A stretch of 64,000 nt of DNA, from positions 21,576,001-21,640,000 of the forward strand of contig CM060734.1 in assembly GCA_030704615.1 (NCBI GenBank). The letters run 5' to 3'. The position numbers and the translations under genes were made by a program. The stretch is from Takakia lepidozioides. Taxonomy: Eukaryota; Plantae; Bryophyta. Positions within the stretch are counted from its first letter, which is position 1. Every line of letters begins with the position of its first letter. Below are positions 60,596-64,000 of the stretch, one piece after another. Under the pieces are notes generated by a model that worked only from the letters and a program-made list of their open reading frames with translations, did not search any database and was not told the DNA's origin.

Positions 60596-63052
60596 AGAGA
60601 ATTGTGGGCGAGGTACTACCAGCTCCGTAAAGATATCAATCAGCTTGTTAGGTCTCAGAAGAAATTATACTGGGACAAGTTATACAGTGAAATAAACTCA
60701 AACCACCATGGTGGTAATGACAAGAAATTCTGGTTGGCCCTTCAACGTTTGTACAAGCCGAAAAACGGTCAGCAAGTACAAGCGCTGAAGACTACTAAAG
60801 GTGCAGTGGTGACTTCATCGATTGACATTGTCAAAACCTTTGAAACTCACTACAGTATCCTTGGCAGAACTTCTAGGTCTAACAGTGAGGGGTCTTCTGC
60901 TGAATGGAGGGACACAGTTGGAAAAACTGTTCCTATGATTCAAAACAGCCCTGATGAACTGGAGTATATTTCAATGGCTTATAATGCTCCCATTAGTTCT
61001 TCTGAGATTGTGGAAGCAATTGAACATTTAAATGGATATAAAGCTGGTGGACCTGATGGAATTGTCAACGAGCTTATCAAGCACGGTGGCCCTAGTTCTC
61101 CTCTTTAACCTTATCTGGAAGACTGAAATGATCCCCTTTCGCTGGCGACAGGGGGTCATTGTCAATCTATACAAGAAGGGTGACAGAGAAGAACCGGGGA
61201 ACTACCGTGGCATCACGCTCCTCAATGCTGTTGGCAAGACATTCTGCAGAGTTATAAGTACTCGTCTCGAGGTTGATCTGGAGTCTAGAGGTTGTTTCCA
61301 CGAAGGCCAAGCTGGCTTTCGGCGAAACAGGGGCTGTGTGGATCATATCTTCACTCTAAGCCAGATTATCCAGGGAAGGAAAAAAGAAGGGAAACCCACT
61401 TATGTCTTTTTCCTGGATGTCAAAAAGGCTTACGACACAGTGTGGAGAGATGGCCTATGGTTCCGCCTCTGGTCTTGTGGGATCAAGGGAAAGATGTGGA
61501 GAGTTGTCCACAACTTGTATGCTCACACCAAAAGCTGTGTCACTGTTAACGGACAGAAGTCCAACTTCTTTGACATAGACCAAGGTGTAGCTCAAGGATG
61601 TACTCTCTCCCCTCTGCTCTTCAATGTTTTCATCAATCAACTTCTCGAGGATGTGGAAAGTGAGGGATTTGGGTTAAGGGTGGGTGATACCACCATACCA
61701 GCCCTTATGTTTGCGGATGACTTCGCAGGCATAGGGGAGACTCCAACCAATCTCCAGGAGTTGATTGATTGCGCGAAGAGATACTTTGATCTTTGGGGGC
61801 TAGAGGCTAATGTCAGCAAATGTGCAGTGGTAGCATTCAACGACAGAGGAGAGGGAGGAAGTGATCTTAAGTGGCAGTGGGGTAGCAAGAGATCCCGGTC
61901 CTCCCTTCCTACACTTACCTGGGCGTTGAGTTCTCCTCCAATTGTAATTGGGATGCACATATCCGGAAAGTTGTTTAAACTGGCAAGGGCAAAGCTCTGG
62001 GGCTCACTAAATTTTTCCACTGCAGAGGGGTCAACTCTGAGGTCAAGAAAACCATGCTTTGTCGCGTTATTAGACCTGCCTTGGAGTACGGATCTGCTAT
62101 ATGGGTTGATAACTCCAACCAGGCTAAGTCTCTAGAATCCATTCAAGTGGGGGTGCTTAAGGAGTGTATGTCAGCATGCTCCAAAACAGCCAATGTGGCT
62201 GTTCGGGGTGAGTTTGGCATTCCGTCCCTAAGCTCCCGACGAGATGAATTCAAGGTCAGATGGTGGGGTCAGCTGCAACATATGCCCAACACCAGATATC
62301 CTAAGTTAATCGACTCTATATCTTGGAAACAGGACCGCCCTGTCAAACAGGCTAAGTCCTGGCAGAAGAGAGTAGAAGAGATCCTCAAGGACCTGGACCT
62401 GGATCCGCAAGTCTTGACCCTGCTGGATAAATCTGACTTAGAGGCTGTAGTGTCCTCAGCCATGTCTGTTGCCATGAGATTGTCTGATGAAAATGAAGTT
62501 AGGCAGAAAACTTCCCTGAACTTGTTTCCAGTCTGTGACGTGGGGGAGGACATCTTGGATGACCTCAAGGGTCTACCCACTCTCGGCACTAGACTGAAAT
62601 TTAAACTCAGGGCAGGAAGCCTACCTTTGAACAGCAAACAGAAGCAGAGAGGAAAGGGAGAGTGCAATTGCCCGTTGTGTGGGGAAGACAGTATTCATTT
62701 TCTGATACACTGTCCGGGGTTCTCTCGCCAAAGAGACGCTCTCTTCAAATCTATTAAGGGAATTGTGCCTGTACCCCTGTTTGCCAACTTTGAAAGTCTC
62801 GAGGCTGAGCCAAAAGCCCAGGCCCTCCTGAGGCCTAGTTTTTGGGCAAATCACACACAGCAGATTGATGCTTGTGTGAAGGGATTTCTAGAGGATATCT
62901 GGAAAACCCAGATTAATTCTTTATATGGAGGTAAGTCTTACTACCAACGTCAGCCCCTGACAGAGGTAGGTTCTGTCCCTTTTGTTCCCGCTCAAACTGG
63001 GCGCGGGGTCAATGGCCACAAGGCTACGGCAAACAACGTCTTATGAGTACAA
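60596..63052 (+). mobile_element. 5'-truncated non-L1 LINE (RTE/RTEX/Jockey-group-like RT with C-terminal CCHC), 13-bp TSD, no poly(A) tail
   Basis: TSD tctgtagtgatgt at 60583-60595 and 63053-63065; KAGGPDGI, GNYRGITLL, QAGFR, FLDVKKAYDTV, GVAQGCTLSPLLF, LMFADD, CPLC...HFLIHC; frameshifts near 61090 and 61890; clade not determined. Confidence 0.9.
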
Positions 63053-63065
63053 TCTGTAGTGATGT

Positions 63066-63577
63066 TAAGACCTCACAACATGCTGCAGAAGGTTTAGATT
63101 GTGTAGACCATGTTCTCTAAGGAGGGAAGTCTCCACAAACCTTTACTGAGTTCATCTGTATCTCTCCCATCATTGTGACCAAGTCATTGGGACTAACTGG
63201 TAGTTGGTTGAACAGGTTATGGTGGAGAACTGACACCGGATCCAAGCTGCTTGATGACAAATGTGATGGTCCTTGTACAGTCGCTGGCAAGTCTTCTTGT
63301 TGCTTACGCTCTTCTCGGTGTCTTCTATGTGAGGTTAGTCCGTGGTCATTTCCAACTGAGACATAGGGCTGTTTCTTCTGACTCGGGAGTATGGGATGGA
63401 TCTAAACCCATTGGTGAGCTCTGTGGACAAGAAATACAGTTTGACCACTGGAGGACCAAAGTTCCCGTGGGACCACAAGAAATTTCAAGATATTTCCAAA
63501 ACCAAAACAAAACTTACACTGATGGACCCGGTTAGGGCCTGCCTAACTATGCCTGGAGATGGACTGCCTTGTACAGG
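63066..63577 (+). pseudogene. Possible decayed exon of an unidentified host gene or pseudogene spanning ~56750-64000
   Basis: The pre-insertion site is a pyrimidine tract plus TAG acceptor; the downstream frame is mostly open with several stops; product not recognisable. Confidence 0.25.
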
Positions 63578-64000
63578 TGTATGCTGCTAAGCGTTTCTGG
63601 TCTTCATACCTGAAGGACTCAGACAGAGGGATCAGCAGTCTCTGAAAACACAGTAACACCTCCCTTTGATATTGTATGTATTGGGGAGGAGAAAAGAAAT
63701 GGCGTTCTGTCTTCACCCCATGTTCCATACTGGACAGGTCCATCGTCTCGAGATAGTACATCCTATGTGCCTTTCTCTATCTGTAGAATTGTGGACCAAC
63801 TCTGAAACTGCCCGAAGAAGCCTGGTAGAACACGGAAACTGTGATAGGCTAGATGCAACTGGGGGGTCCAATGGAAAATTTACCTCTCAAAATAAATTAT
63901 GCATATTAGTGATCTTGTTTGTCCATTTATAGACAGTGAAGCCGATAATTTACCTTGCTCAATAAAGGTGGCGCAAGCTCTCTGCATGCTCTTTGGTGAC

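Overview
Eukaryotic, almost certainly land-plant DNA (GT-AG introns, a plant F-box/kelch fragment, plant-type Ty3/gypsy and L1 elements; the style suggests a non-seed plant, but this is not provable). The window is a heterochromatin-like stack of nested transposons with no confidently identifiable intact host gene. The main result is two diverged copies (A 14075-33767, B 38629-49980, opposite orientations) of a Mutator/MULE-like DNA transposon. Each has an exact 9-bp TSD and asymmetric ends that place CGTGAGCC exactly 14 bp inside every terminus. Each carries two divergent genes. One is a GCM-like/DDE/SWIM transposase. The other is a ~10-exon cargo gene encoding a ParB/Srx-like domain (DGNHRLLA) fused to a C-terminal beta-class N4C/N6A DNA-methyltransferase-like domain, a phage/bacterial-type architecture. 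Introns of the cargo gene hold arrays of long palindromes with a shared TGCG-TTGA-CGCA core, which are candidate cognate binding or modification sites. Both MULEs sit inside one Ty3/gypsy element, whose reading frames are restored when they are removed. Also present: a palindrome array and a RING-H2 ORF at the left edge, a ~1-kb satellite in inverted arrangement, gag-bearing elements with TGTC...GACA ends (one with a 4-bp TSD), a decayed L1 LINE and a 5'-truncated non-L1 LINE with a 13-bp TSD. All domain calls are by eye and need HMM or structure confirmation.
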